This document shows, piece by piece, positions 51,056 to 64,000 of a stretch of 64,000 nt of DNA (position 1 is the first letter of the stretch; each line of letters starts with the position of its first letter). Source of the DNA: Raja brachyura (Eukaryota); the NCBI GenBank assembly GCA_963514005.1, contig OY740789.1, positions 28,148,001-28,212,000 on the forward strand, in the 5' to 3' direction. A program made the position numbers and the translations under genes. A model generated the notes under the pieces. That model was not told the DNA's origin. It worked only from the letters and a program-made list of their open reading frames with translations, and made no database searches.

Positions 51056-52469
51056 CAGCAACTATGATGAAAGACCAAGACCTGAAACACCAACTTAGAT
51101 TCTCTCTTTACAGATACTGCTTGAGCTGTTCAGTGTTTCGAGCATTTTGTTTTATTGTGGATGAGATGGTTTCTGACTCTGTTCTCTAATAGACAAAGGA
51201 GATGAAATGAGCACCTTCTGTGATAAAATCTGATTACAAATAGTAATTTTCATAATATATTCAGCAATTCAATTTCAATTAATCTCTCCCACCTAACCCC
51301 ATACAGTGGGAAGTGAGTCCTACATGTTGAACGCAAAATTACGTAAATCTGAATCTGAATGGCAGCTTAAGCCATATTGTTGGCTCATCAAAAGCAATTT
51401 CTAGTTATTTGTATTAAGAAACTTTAATAAAAAAATGAGCTTCTTGAAAAATACAACTCCTTCATTCTAATGACCAAGCAGCAGAATGTAATAATCACAT
51501 TGCGAAGGACATGTTCCTCAAGGACAATTAAATAACAATCATAAATATGATGTGACAATATATTTTTTGTTATAAAATGCACACTTAAAATGTAGTTTCA
51601 TAATCAATCCTATTATTCAATACATTTTGCAGTGTATTCAGCCTTAGTTAATGGGCTCATGGTTCTTTGGTGAAGTTTTACTATTACCTCAAATGAATCT
51701 GATTAAGCACAGTATTACACATCTGAAGGAATCTACCTAATGAAAACATTATTCTGTTACGCAGGAAGAACCTGAAAAAATTAGGTCAGACCTTGGTTTT
51801 TAGGATTGATTTCTTTCTGATTTGATCATTTTCAGTTTCATTATTTTGAATTATACAATTTTCTCAAATCTTGTTCCATTACGAATTTTTCAAATTGTCA
51901 ATGACTAATTATTTTAATTTATGCTGTGTTAATGGTTGCTATAACTGCGTTCCATTTTCCAATTAATTAATTAGGTATATGGCCACACTCAATATATCTA
52001 TTGCATTGATCCAAAATGACTTTTCTGTCTCACTGAAGCACTTGTTCAGCAGCGCTCCAGTAATGTATTTAGCTACACACCCACGTGAGGTACCAGCATG
52101 ACGTAGAATATTGCCCTTTTACCTCTTCAGATGCTGTTCAGTTGCAATGACTGTGAAATAGTGCAGCCCTGATCCAGTTCCTGAGATGAAATGGCCTATG
52201 ATATTTCAAAACCAAAATAGATTAAGCATTTTAGCATTTAGCAACAGTATCCTTTCCCAAGGGTTGAAATGTCAAGGACTAGGGGGCATAACTTTAAGGT
52301 GAGAGGGGCAAAATTTAAAAGAGATGTGTGGTGCGAATTGTTTTACACTGTAGATGGTGGGTGCCTGGAGCATGATGTCAAGGATCGTGTTGGAGACAGA
52401 TAAAATGAACAAAGTCATTTAAGTGACTTTTAGATAGGCACATGCATGCATGCATAGATAGGCACATGC

Positions 52470-53108
52470 ATAGCAAAAGGATTTGAGTATAGGAGCAGGG
52501 AGGTTCTACTGCAGTTGTACAGGGTCTAGGTGAGACCACACCTGGAGTATTGCGTACAGTTTTGGTCTCCTAATCTGAGGAAAGACATTCTTGCCATAGA
52601 GGGAGTACAGAGAGGGTTCACCAGACTGATTCCTGGGATGTCAGGAATGAAGAAAGGCTGGATAGACTTGGTTTATACTCGCTAGAATTTAGAAGATTGA
52701 GGGGGGATCCCATAGAAACTTACAAAATTCTTAAGGGGTTGGACAGGCTGGATGCAGGAGGATTATTCCCGATGTTGGGGAAGTCTAGAACAAGGGGTCA
52801 CAGTTTAAGGATATGGGGGAAGTCTTTTAGGACGGAGATGAGAAAAATATTTTCCACACAGCGAGTGGTGAATCTCTGGAATTCTCTGCCACAGAAGGTC
52901 GTTGAGGCCAGTTCATTGGCTATATTTATGAGGGAGTTAGATGTGGCCCTTGTGGCTAAGGGGATCAGGGGATATGGAGAGAAGGCAGGTACGGGATACT
53001 GAGTTGGATGATCAGCCATGATCATATTGAATGGTGGTGCAGGCTCGAAGGCTTGAATGGCCTACTCCTGCACCTATTTTCTATGTTTCTATGTTTCTAT
53101 GTTTCTAT
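52470..53108 (+). mobile_element. Young CR1 3' fragment nested in an older CR1 tail (about 52250-53220)
   Basis: [15 protein letters not shown]; (tttctatg)n tail. Confidence 0.9.
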
Positions 53109-53257
53109 GCAGGAAATGGAGAGATATGGAAAATGTGCTGGCAGATGAGATTAGTTTATTTTGGGATCATGTTAGGCATGGACATTGTGGGCCATAGGGC
53201 CTGTTTCCGTGCTGTACTTTTATTATGTGTAGAAAGGAACTGCAGCTGCTGGTATCA

Positions 53258-53725
53258 TAAGATCAGATCAGAAGTGATAGGAGTAGAATTAGGCCATTTG
53301 GCCCATCAAATCTACTCCGCCATTCAATCATGGCTGATATATCTCTCCCACCTAACCCCATTCTCGTGCCTTCTTTCCATAACTTCCGACACCCATACTA
53401 ATCAAGAATCTATTTATCTCTGCCTTAAATATCTCCATTGACATGGCCTCCACAGCCTTCTGTGGCATAGATTTCCACAGATTCACCACCCTCTGACTGA
53501 AAAAATTATTTCTGATCTCCTTCCTAAAAGAAAGTCCTTTAATTCTGAGGGTATGACCTCTTCTCCTAGACTCTCCCACTAGTGGAAACATCCTCTCCAC
53601 ATCCACTCTTTCCAAGCCTTTCACTATTATGTACGTTTCAATGAGGCCCCCCCTTCGTTCTTCTAAACTCCAGCGAGTACAGGCCCAGTGTCGTCAAACG
53701 CTCACCATATGTTAACCCACTCATA
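53258..53725 (-). mobile_element. CR1 3' fragment
   Basis: MKGLERVDVERMFPLVGESRRRGHTL. Confidence 0.88.
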
Positions 53726-54294
53726 TACCTTTGGTATATACCGAAGAGAGACACAAAGGTCCGAAAAAGGTTCCCGACCCGAAACATCACCCTTCATTTT
53801 TTTCCAGATATGCTGCCTGCTGAGTTATTCCAGTACTTTTCTATCTGTCTCCTCTATTTTTCTATGTTCCATTTAGTAAGATATTCAGTGCCAACTGATC
53901 CATGTCCTTGACTGGAGTTACTTGCAGGCAGAAGAGAAAGAGTCATGACCTTTACATTCTTGAAAATAATTTCTCAAAACCTGAAATTATTTAGAATTCC
54001 ATTGAAATTTAAAACAATCTCCCAGAATTAATAGTAGGACACTAATTTCATTGGAAAATTGTATTGTGGGGGATGGTAACACACAAAATCTCACTCACTC
54101 CACCCTTCCTTCTTTCCTTCCTCCCTCCCATCCTCCCTCCCTCCCTCCCTCCCTCCCTCCCTCCCTCCCTCCCTCCCTCCCTTCCTTCCTTGCTCCCTGT
54201 AATTCCTCCAAATAGTCTTTTCCTCCAGCAGAGCCGGTGGACATTTTATGGCTACCTCAGGAGGCAGACAGGACATTTTTTTTTTTTTTGTCTC

Positions 54295-54430
54295 AGCTGA
54301 AGGATGATTCTCTCCAATGTGCCCATGTGAAAGATGTGGTGTTGCTCCTTCAGCTCAGGTTCAGCCTTATTGTAACAGCGCAGTAGGCCCGAGGTCAAAG
54401 TGGATGACGAATTAAAATGACAAGCATAGG
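54295..54430 (-). pseudogene. Ancient Penelope GIY-YIG C-terminal remnant
   Basis: HFNS...GLL.C....ELKEQHHIFHMGTL aligns by eye to 20635-20760. Confidence 0.6.
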
Positions 54431-55169
54431 TAGCAATCAGCAAGTCTCAATATTGAATTCTTTAACTTTAGAAAACTCACACTTTCTGAACTGCATGTCC
54501 CAGTAAGTCAGACTAAAACAAACTTTACATTAGCAGAAGATTACACAGGCAATGGGGTTTAAGAGTTTAGAATTCAGAGATATAGCATGGAAGCAGACCC
54601 TTCGGCCATAGAGCCCACACCGGCCATTGATCACGTTTACAGTAGCAAATTAACCAACAAACCCGCACATCTTTGGGATGTAAGTGCTCCTTAATGTCCA
54701 CACTGTTTCATTCAATCAGTTCAATTCCCATTATTCCACCCACCACCCTCGCCACCTTTTCTGCTATCAAGACTAACTTGTTTTTCTCTTTCATCAGGCT
54801 GATGAAGGGTCCCAATGTAATATGTTCTCTGTACATTTCCCTGCACGGATGCTGCCTGACTTGCTGAGGTCTTTGGGGGAAGGAGGTGTGTAGTTGGAGT
54901 TGAGGCAGTTGGGAAAAGATGGCAGAGGTAGGAAGACTGAAGGACTGAGTATCAGGCTGAGGTTTGTGAGAGCAGGGAGGCTGAGGTAATGGATACAGGC
55001 AAATGATGTGTGTGTGTGTATGTGTCAAAATGTGTGCAGGTAGAGTGAGTATGTGTGTGGTTGGAGCATGCGAGAGAGGGCAAGAGCAAGCAAGCAAATG
55101 CAAGGGAGAGAGAGAGAGAGAGAGATAGAGAGAGTCTACGCATGAGTGTGAGCTGTGTCAGAGCAGCAC

Positions 55170-55490
55170 CTTTCACCTCTCCTTCCTCTAGCTTCACAAT
55201 TTGCAACTCTTCAATCCTGTTGTCTCACATCTTTATTCCATCTCTGGCCTTTATCAAACTATCTGACTATCAAAACAGCCCTTCACCTCTATCCACCTAT
55301 CACCTGCCAGACTTTGCCCGGCCCGACCTCTCTTCCAGTTTTCTGCTTCCCCTCCCCACACAATCAGTCTGAAGAAAAGTCCCGATGCAAAATGTCACCC
55401 ATCCAAGTGAACTGCCTGACCCACTGAATTATTCCAGTACATTGTGTCTTTTTTTGTAAAACAGCATCTGCAGTTTCTTGTTTCTACATT
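55170..55490 (+). mobile_element. Penelope-derived 3' UTR/pseudo-LTR repeat with degenerate hammerhead
   Basis: caatcagtctgaagaaaagtcccgatgcaaaatgtcacc. Confidence 0.7.
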
Positions 55491-57139
55491 TCATAATTGT
55501 TAATGCATCTACTCAGTCGAGGGCTCTTCCAGGACAACCTATTTCTTCTGCACAGGAATAGTCTCCTTAATCAAAACCAACCTCTTGAACACTCGGTAAA
55601 AAAGTGCTGGGATAATACAGCAGGCCAGGCAACATCTCTGGAGAACATAGATAGGTGATATGTGTAGGAAAGAACTGCAGATGCAGTTTCCATCGAAGGT
55701 AGATACAGAGGGCAGTGGAGGCATGTTCTCTGGATGCTTTCAAGAGAGAGCTAGATAGGGCTCTTAAAAATAGCGGAGTCAGGGGATATGGGGAGAAGGC
55801 AGGAGCGGGGTACTGATTGGGGATGATCAGCCATGATCACATTGAATGGTGGTGCTGGCTCGAAGGACCGAATGGCCTACTCCTGCACCTATTTTCTATT
55901 GTCTATTGTCTATTGTCTAAAATGCTTGAGTAACTCAGCGGCATGTAAGACAGGCAGCATGTCTGGAGAGAAGGAAAGAGAATAGATAGGTGATATTTTG
56001 TATTGGCACCCTTCTTCATTCTGATTGTAGTAGGGTGGAGAAAGCTGGAAGAGAGGTCTGGGGTGCAACCATATTAAATAGGAATAAGGACACAGGATAA
56101 AAGATTGAGGAATGGCCCACAGTTGAAGATCAGACTGTAGGAGCATTAAATCTGGAACTCTGCCCAGTCTGTTTCAATACCCAGCAATATTGGCCTCATA
56201 ATTTATTTATTCCCCATAAAATCAATTTAGATCAACATTGTTCCCTCTGTTTTGTACTGGTTTGGCAATATGCAGTAAAATATTAATGCAAAATGTATCC
56301 TCAAATTAAATTTTAGCGGTATTGAATGAATAGATCAGTATGTGATCTGACATCAGTTATAGCTGGTGTTTCACACTCCACTGCATACGGCAGATTGCTA
56401 TTTCTAATCAATCTTAGGGAGTAGATAGCAATGTCTCCTGACCTAGCTTTCTTCCTGCATGCAACCATCTTATCAAATAGGCTGGCAATTCAATTAGTTC
56501 AACTCCAACAATCTTTATTTTAATGATCCTCGGAAACTTTACCCGTTGCAACAAAATGGTTCCTTTGCTGACATTAAAATGAGAAAGTATATCAATATTG
56601 TCAAAATACAGAGATTGATTGCCAAACGATACAAAATTGCATCCTTTGTCTTTCTGAAAGGCATGTATGATGCATTGCACGCCATTAAACCAAACTGTTT
56701 TGCAAGGCCAGGTTTTGACTTCTATAAATCACCACCATTCATTGCAATCTGGATAGTTAATATAAGCAATAACATTTTTATTTCGTAACAAGATACAATA
56801 TATGTCATTTTTTGATCAAATGTTAGTACAATCATTGTAAGCATGACCAATTTCAAAGGAATAAGCCTATAATTTATATTGTCTAGACAATGAGTTTAAA
56901 AACTTGCAAATATTATTACGGGAGATTTTCATGATTTCAAGCGTAATTTGGATTTGTTATGGAAACTGAAAGATTATATTTTAATAAAATGTTTGCTTCA
57001 ATTAGTTTGAACAATTGCTAAGTGAAGAAATATGGAGTTAACTGATGAAGGCAATTAAGGAGTTGTTATTATTCAGCTGGTATTACTAAATTGGAGGTCT
57101 CCAGGGTAAATGTTCTAGTACATAGGAAAGTTCACATAA

Positions 57140-57461
57140 TGGGCCTGTCCCACTTACGCAACTATTTTGGCGGCTGCCAGCACCCGTCATAGGTTGTTAC
57201 AGGTCGCCGAAAATTTTCAACATGTGCAGATCATGGTAGGACTCTTTGGGCGACTACTCACGACCATACAGGCTTCACCCCGCGACATGTCGCCAGGGTG
57301 TCGCATGTATGGTCGTGAGTAGTCTCCTCAGTCACCCAAAGAGTCGTAGCGTCTTTCTGTTCACTGCTGAATTTTTAACGTTGAACATTTTCGCCGGCCT
57401 GCAACGATCTATGACGGGTGCTGGCAGACTCCGAAAAAGTCCCTTACGTGGGACAGGCCCA
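57140..57461. mobile_element. PIF/Harbinger-type MITE
   Basis: TIR tgggcctgtcccac / gtgggacaggccca; TSD TAA. Confidence 0.9.
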
Positions 57462-57899
57462 TAAAGCAACAGTTCTGATTTTGCTACCAAAGCAATGCTA
57501 GGTTTTCTGACATGTTAAAAGGTCAAGCAACCTGTGATGAGGAAAGTTTCAAACAGCCAATGTGTCACAAAGCAGTTTTCCATTCTGTTTCAGGAAACTC
57601 CACAATATATTGAAGAGTGATAACAAGACATATTTTCATTCATGCTGCAGAAAATGTTTATAGGCCCTTCATCTGCACGTGCTGATTATGGCATTTGTAC
57701 CTAAAATAGCTGATTTAATTTTAAGAGTGCCCTTAACTGTTTGTGAAGTGTCACGACCTGCAACGTCACTCAATCCTTCTCTCCAGAGATGCTGCCTGTC
57801 CCACTGAGTTACTCCAGCATTTTGTTTTCTATCTTCCATCATGGCCCAATTTGGCAATTAGAACGGTCAGGAACTAAGGAGATTATAAAAAGTGGTTTA

Positions 57900-58240
57900 C
57901 GCTCATTACACTCCTGCCATTATGAAAGAGTTGGAGAAGTTTGCAAACTGTAACATCCAGGTTCAAGCACAGCTTCTTCCCAACAACCATCAAGCTATTG
58001 AACACTACGAACTCTAACTAAATGAACTATGAACTGCCTAGGTTGCACAAGGGACTTTGGGCTTTGTTTATTTTTCCACTATATTGTTTTTTTTTTAAAT
58101 TACTGAACTTCTTTTTTTTCTTTGTTTATTGTATTATCCATTGAGTATTGTGCTTACAAATCTGTTGTGCCGTTGCTGCTGCAAATAAGAATGTCATTGT
58201 TTCATTTGGTACATATGACAATAAAATACTCTTGACTCTT
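57900..58240 (+). mobile_element. Rex1-like LINE 3' tail
   Basis: caggttcaagcacagcttcttccc...tgacaataaaatactcttgactc. Confidence 0.75.
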
Positions 58241-58294
58241 TTGAAAAGTTGCATACACAATTAAATGCCACTTGCCATGTTGATTAAATCAATA

Positions 58295-58640
58295 CAGGCA
58301 CTTTCCAACTTAAGTTATAGACAAGTTATGTAAATGAGCACTTCTTTAAGTCGGAGTTGCCCATCTCTGTAGCAATGCGCTACTGCCGTCGCATGTGGAC
58401 AGTTCCGCAATCTAGTCATCTGTTCATGTGGATGTTCCCGTGTGGTCCCCACGTCTGAGCTCCTGTGTGGTCTCCATGTCAGAGCTCCCACGTTGTCTCT
58501 GAGTTGGAGCTCCACATGCTCTCCGAGTTGAATGGTATATGTACTCGTACGGAGTGGCACTTCCATTTCTAGCTTACGTAACATCTGACTTATGCAAGGG
58601 TCCGCAGCACATAATGTTTACATAAGTTAAGGAGCATCTG
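58295..58640. mobile_element. Tc1/mariner-pogo (Tigger-like) MITE, old
   Basis: TA|CAG...CTG|TA; diverged TIRs caggcactttccaacttaag versus the reverse-complemented right end cagatgctccttaacttatg. Confidence 0.65.
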
Positions 58641-59331
58641 TATTGTAGGTTTGGGAGATAGAGAGATGGGGATCCTGGGGATAGTGAACTAAAGAAGAGC
58701 GATTTGTTTATATGTGAAGTATAAAATGCTATTTGCTTCAATGCTTTTTTCCAGATGTGTGCAGATGACTGGGAAATCAGGATGGATTTTATTCACATAA
58801 CTAAATTCCACACTGCGTTGTTCTGGTGAATCAAAGTTGGTAAGTGTCTATCATGGGTTGTGCTCACTCCACTATTTGCTTTCCAAGTAAACTGTTTTTT
58901 AAAATTTGCGCTGCAATAATTTCTTTGCTGCGAGACTTGGAGACTGAGCTCAACGTTATCACTGATCCATTCACTGTATTGTCTATGTGAATGGGATCTC
59001 GCAACTACTTTCCATATCTTAAAGCTGCCCCGCAAACACTGGTGATTAAATTCAAGTCATGTTGAGTTTATTGTCAAATGCACAAATTGTACCTGAACTT
59101 GAACTAATTGTACAAGTTCACATACAATGAACTTGCAGCAGTATCGCATGTGCATAAACTCAGACAAACACACGAAAACAGAGATTAAGCACAAATAAAA
59201 AATCCACTCTGCAAGATAGTAAAAAGAGAAAAAACAGAGAGTAGTATAATTGAGAAAAAAAACAAGCCTATGGTGGTGCAAAAGATGGTCCAAAATGTTA
59301 CATTGTCGACCTAGGATCAGAGGATCAGCAT

Positions 59332-62300
59332 TTAAAGTGAACAAAACACTGCGTGTCCAAATCCTGGCACCGTGACAACAGGTTTATCGTAGAACTTAAA
59401 AAAAGTTTCTTCTTTACACCACCCTGCAGCCTCTAAAATTTTACCGAGTGGTACATCCTGTACCTTTGCAGCGGACGCAGCTGCTGCCCTAGTGGAGTGA
59501 AACCTAAACACATCAGTGCCCACTCCTGCTAAATCCAAAACCTGTTCTAACCATCTAGAAATGGTTTGAACTGCAACTTTTGTATGTGGTTTTTTGTGCG
59601 TTATCAGTAACGTTGTCTCAGCACCTCGGAGATTTTGACTACTTCAATCAATCAATCAGTTTTATTCGTCACATTGAACACAAGTGCAAGTGAATGAATT
59701 TGTCAGCAGTGGTACAATGATAAAGTGGTACAATGATAACTGTACAATGATAATATATTCAATATATTTAGCTAAATGCTTAACTACTCACAATGTTTCA
59801 TTGATAGGATATGCTTTAAACATCACCTTGGCTCCAGTTTTTCCGGGTCTGCTTTGTTTGGTCAGATCATAAACATAAAACACAATGTTATCTGAAGCCA
59901 CATGCATGCAATCTAACCGTAACAATGGCAAAGTTTGTACTTTTTGAGCTGACACTAATGCCATTACATTACTACCTTGAATGTTAACCTTTGCAAAGAC
60001 ATTGAAGTAATTGGAGTCCATTGCCTAAGCAAAGTGAGAACAATGCTAACAACCCAAATTTCTGTATCACTGGGCTTGGAAGGATTTTTATTAAAATTCC
60101 TTTCATGATCCGGGATATTTAATGGGTGACACCCAATTGAATCTCGATCAGAATTTTGTCCTAAATAGGATGTCAAAGCACTACGAGCACTATTAATGGC
60201 ACTATAACTTAAGTGCTCATCAAAATGCAACCCAGCAAGGAACTCCAATACATTTGATATGTTCGTAGTATAATAAGACATCTTTGACTGTCTACAGAAG
60301 ACTTCCCATTTATTTATATGCGACATATATTGTTTTTAAGTGCTATTTCTCCAAGCTGCAGCTATAACATCCATGGTCCTATCCGACAGTCCAAGCTCTT
60401 GCAATGGTCTGGTCAGAAGCTGCAGATTAACAAATTCATATGATCATGCAATGAATGAATTTCTTTTGTCACTGGTTCTATCAACAATTGTTGCAACTAG
60501 GAATCATCATACATGGTTCGATAATCATTTTAAGCATCAACGGGAACCATGACTGTGTAGGCCAATTTGGCCCCACCAAAATGCCCTTGGCAGCGTCTTG
60601 CGCTATTTTCTTGAGACATTGCCCAATCAGACAGAATGGGGGAAAGGCATAAAAGAACGTATTCCCCCAGTGTAGCGAGAAAACATCCACTGCTACTGCC
60701 CCTGGATCGTGTTCCCAAGACACGTATTTGGGCAATTGGTGATTAAATCTAGATGCAAACAGATCAATGTCTGGTACTCCAACCGACTGACAATATTTTT
60801 GAATTTTTTTGGATTTAACATCCATTCTGTATTGTCTTAAAATTTTCGTGATCTTATGTCTGCCACAATATTGTCTCCCCCTGGGAGATAAATAACTGAA
60901 ACCCGAATATTCTTTCCAATACACCAATGCCACACCTGGTTACCCAGATGATCACATGATAATGATCTTACTTCACCCATGTGATTGATATATGCCACAG
61001 CTGTGGTATTGTCGACTTGTAATTGGACATGCAAATCCTTCATAGTAGAACAATAAGCTTTTAATCCATAAAATGCTCCCAGTAACTCCAAATAATTTAT
61101 ACCATATGTTTGGAGAAATACATCCTCTTGGACAGTCCATCTGCCCCCACATCTGGTATCATTATCCGTGGCACCCCATCTGAGAGAACTTGCATCAGCT
61201 TGCAAAATCACTGCTGGCTGCTGAACCAAAATGTATTTAACAGCTTGTGGAACATTCTCAATCCATCAATACAATTCTAATAAAGCTTCCTTTGGCAATT
61301 GCATGGGCCCAACAAAAATGGCCTGCTCGCTGTGTTTTTACCCTATTTGGGATTTTGGTAATGCAGTGGACCAAATTCTACTGCAGGGAATGCTGTTAGT
61401 AACTTCCCAATAACATTATCAACTTTTCGGATGGAGGGATAAAGTTTGTCAATAAGGCACTGACAAAAAATTGTAATATCAACAATCTTGTTTATGGTAA
61501 AGTTACTAACATGGTAACTGAATTAATCACAAACCCCAAATATTCAATAGTTTGGGATGGCTGTAACTTTAGATTTTGTTGGATGAATCAGGAACCTAGC
61601 CTTACAAACAGGCTTGTAGTCACCGAGACTGATTTTTCAGCTGACTCCTGATTAGCATTGACAATTAAAATGTCATCTAGATAAGCCATAACTATGTGTT
61701 TTTGTGCCCTGAGCAGTGCAAATGCTGGTTTCAACAATTAGTGAACAACCTAGGAGCTGAGCTTAATCCATTAGGTAATGCTTTGTATTACCACAGCTGT
61801 CCCATCCAATTAAATTTCAATACCTGCGAATGTGATGATGAATTGGTACTGAATAATATGCATCCTTCTGGACAAACGTATTAAAAATGTGAGGTCTAAA
61901 ATGATTCTACAACCCCCATCTTTCTTTGTGTCTGGGGAAATATTTGATACAAATTGTTGTGGATCCTCACTTGATTTCTCAATACCTCCTTTTTTACACC
62001 AATTCTTAACTTCTTTATCAATTTGAATTTTTTCAAATACAAAAACACCAAATACAATTAGGCTTATTCTGTTCTGGGGGATCAATACCTTCTACAAAAT
62101 CAATGGTTGATCCTAAGACAGTACCTAATATAACACGGTCAGATGTTATACAGTCCCATTTATCATAAAACATTTATAGACTACCACCAATCTGAGATTC
62201 ATCCAGATTCTTTTGTAATAGGATAACGTTTTTGTACCTCTCCAACCGGACGTGGTGGTCGCCTTCTCCCAACATATGGGTAACATTCGGCTGTGCTGGT

Positions 62301-63642
62301 TGGTAATATTTCCTTACCGTACTCCTGCCTCGGCTTGTTCCAGCTCCAAATCAAAATCCCCTTCTTGTTTGACCGGCCCTTTCTTTGGCCAAACCGAAGG
62401 GTTTCATGAAGTCAATAGTCTTTGCCTCTTTATCAACCTCTTTATTTATTTAAACAGATTCTCTCCGAACAAATAACCAGGAGCTTGAACATTGCTTGAT
62501 CTGCACAAACCTGCAAATCTTGGATGTAAAATAGGCCAAATAGCAATCTCCCTCATACGATTAATCTTAAATATTGAGTTGCAGAATAATGCCAACATAT
62601 CCTTCTGAACTTTGGTCATTCCACAATCTTCCACTTGCTTTCCAAAAGCAGTGATCTTAGCCGAATCATATTTCCTGCACCTGCATCATTGATGACATTG
62701 GCACCAAAAAGCCGAATTTCCCGTAGGTACCTTCAGTGAGGTATAATAATTCTGCTGTATCAACCATAACAGCTTCTTGAAGCTGGTGAGAGACCAAATA
62801 ATTTATGTTGGCCGCCAGGTTTCTTCCATGGCCTCACCGCCTCCTCCGGGTATAGAAAACTTTGTGCCACATCAGACACACCTGGAACAATATTTTTGTA
62901 TTGTGGTGGGTACTCATGACCGAAATCACCACCTTCAGGATCAGTCTCATGCAGCCCTGGTACTCCTGAGACTTTGCTCAAGGATTTTCTCCAGCCCAAT
63001 CCCAGGCTCTGGAGTTTCAAATTCCCAATTCAAACTGGCACCATATTCATGATATGGAACCCCCCTCAGGGGCTGCCTGGGAATATTCTGGGTTTTTAGA
63101 CCCTTGGTTGATTATTGTTTGGAGTATTTTCTCCATTTGTATTCCATTCTAAGCCATAAGGCTTTTTTCTCTCTGGAGGACTTTCAGAATCAGATTAATC
63201 AGAACCCACCGGCCTTTCAGATTTTCTTTTACATTTTTTTTAGGCACTGGGTTTTCCTCCGTGGTTTCTGTTTGTGGAGCAACCAAAGGCTCACTAACAG
63301 GTATTTCAATGGCCACCGGTATCGGAACCAGCTCCGCAATAATCTGCTGTCCCGACTATTTTCCTTCTCCACCCCGGGACGCACGTTTTACCCTTTTTAA
63401 AAAAAATTTTTTTAAACTTTTTCCATTTTATTTTTAAACTCCTCCTGGTTTACCCACCAGCCTATGGAATTTTAAAAACACCCTGGAAGTAAAAGTAATT
63501 TACTTACCTGCGGGCCGTTTCCTTACCGCTGTGTTGGAGCTGCGCTCTGCAGCTCTTTCCCTACTGACAGCGTCGACGTAATGCCGATCAAGCTCCAGGC
63601 GGGCTTCTTCACATAGTCACTCACGTGACTCCGAAGTAAAAT
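59332..63642 (-). mobile_element. Degenerate AT-rich DIRS (left ITR, gag, RT/RH/MT, YR); ICR and right ITR missing
   Basis: Left terminus at 63600-63642; KKDGGCRIILDL, YLDD, ADAS, DIDLFASRFN..YAFPPF, HSTRAA..FY; LINE-tail insert at about 59648-59757. Confidence 0.92.
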
Positions 63643-63724
63643 TGATTTCCAATTCCAATTCCAATTCCAACAACATTTTCTGAACCAGAAGGGTTAAAGA
63701 TAGCTGGTGCATTGTTTCCGCTAC

Positions 63725-63855
63725 TCTGAAGAAGGGCTTCGACCTGAAACATCATCTATCCATGTTCTCCAGAGATGCTGCCTGACCCACTGAGTTACTC
63801 CAGAACTTTGTGTATTTTCTGTGTATTAACCACCTGCAGTTCTTTGTTTCAACTC
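63725..63855 (+). mobile_element. Penelope-derived short repeat with hammerhead-like core
   Basis: tctgaagaagggcttcgacctgaaacatc. Confidence 0.75.
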
Positions 63856-64000
63856 CTACTGTTTACTGGATGCTCGTTCTAAACTACCAGAAGAGGCAAA
63901 GCCACTGCTTTAGTATGTTTATTCTGTGTAATCCACCAAAACTAATCAATACCTCTACTCTAAACTGATCGATATTTAACAAGTCACACAAAGACCTCTC

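Overview
Repeat-dominated vertebrate DNA. I could not identify any host protein-coding exon, rRNA, tRNA gene or CRISPR array, so it is probably intergenic or deep intronic. The repeat inventory (many HE1-like V-SINEs, CR1 tails, Penelope-derived short repeats) points to a cartilaginous fish, probably a skate or ray; this is an inference. Long elements: a near-intact L1 ORF2 inserted into a DIRS recombinase gene; four DIRS tyrosine-recombinase retrotransposons, including a full-length copy at 26026-30753 (gag, RT/RNaseH, adenine-methyltransferase-like domain, YR, ITRs, ICR) that integrated at an ATT inside a CR1 ORF2; an internally deleted Gypsy-type LTR element carrying nested Rex1-like, Harbinger-like and Penelope inserts; a Vingi LINE; an RSg-1-like L2 LINE; a non-autonomous Helitron with a G-rich core; and several MITEs. 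Most interesting observations: (i) splice and frameshift signals in the DIRS that suggest how its three ORFs are expressed; (ii) 15 or more short Penelope-derived repeats carrying a hammerhead-ribozyme core; (iii) templated-insertion scars, one of which copies a 50-bp transposon/SINE junction located 43.5 kb away. All family assignments are by eye from motifs, not from database searches.
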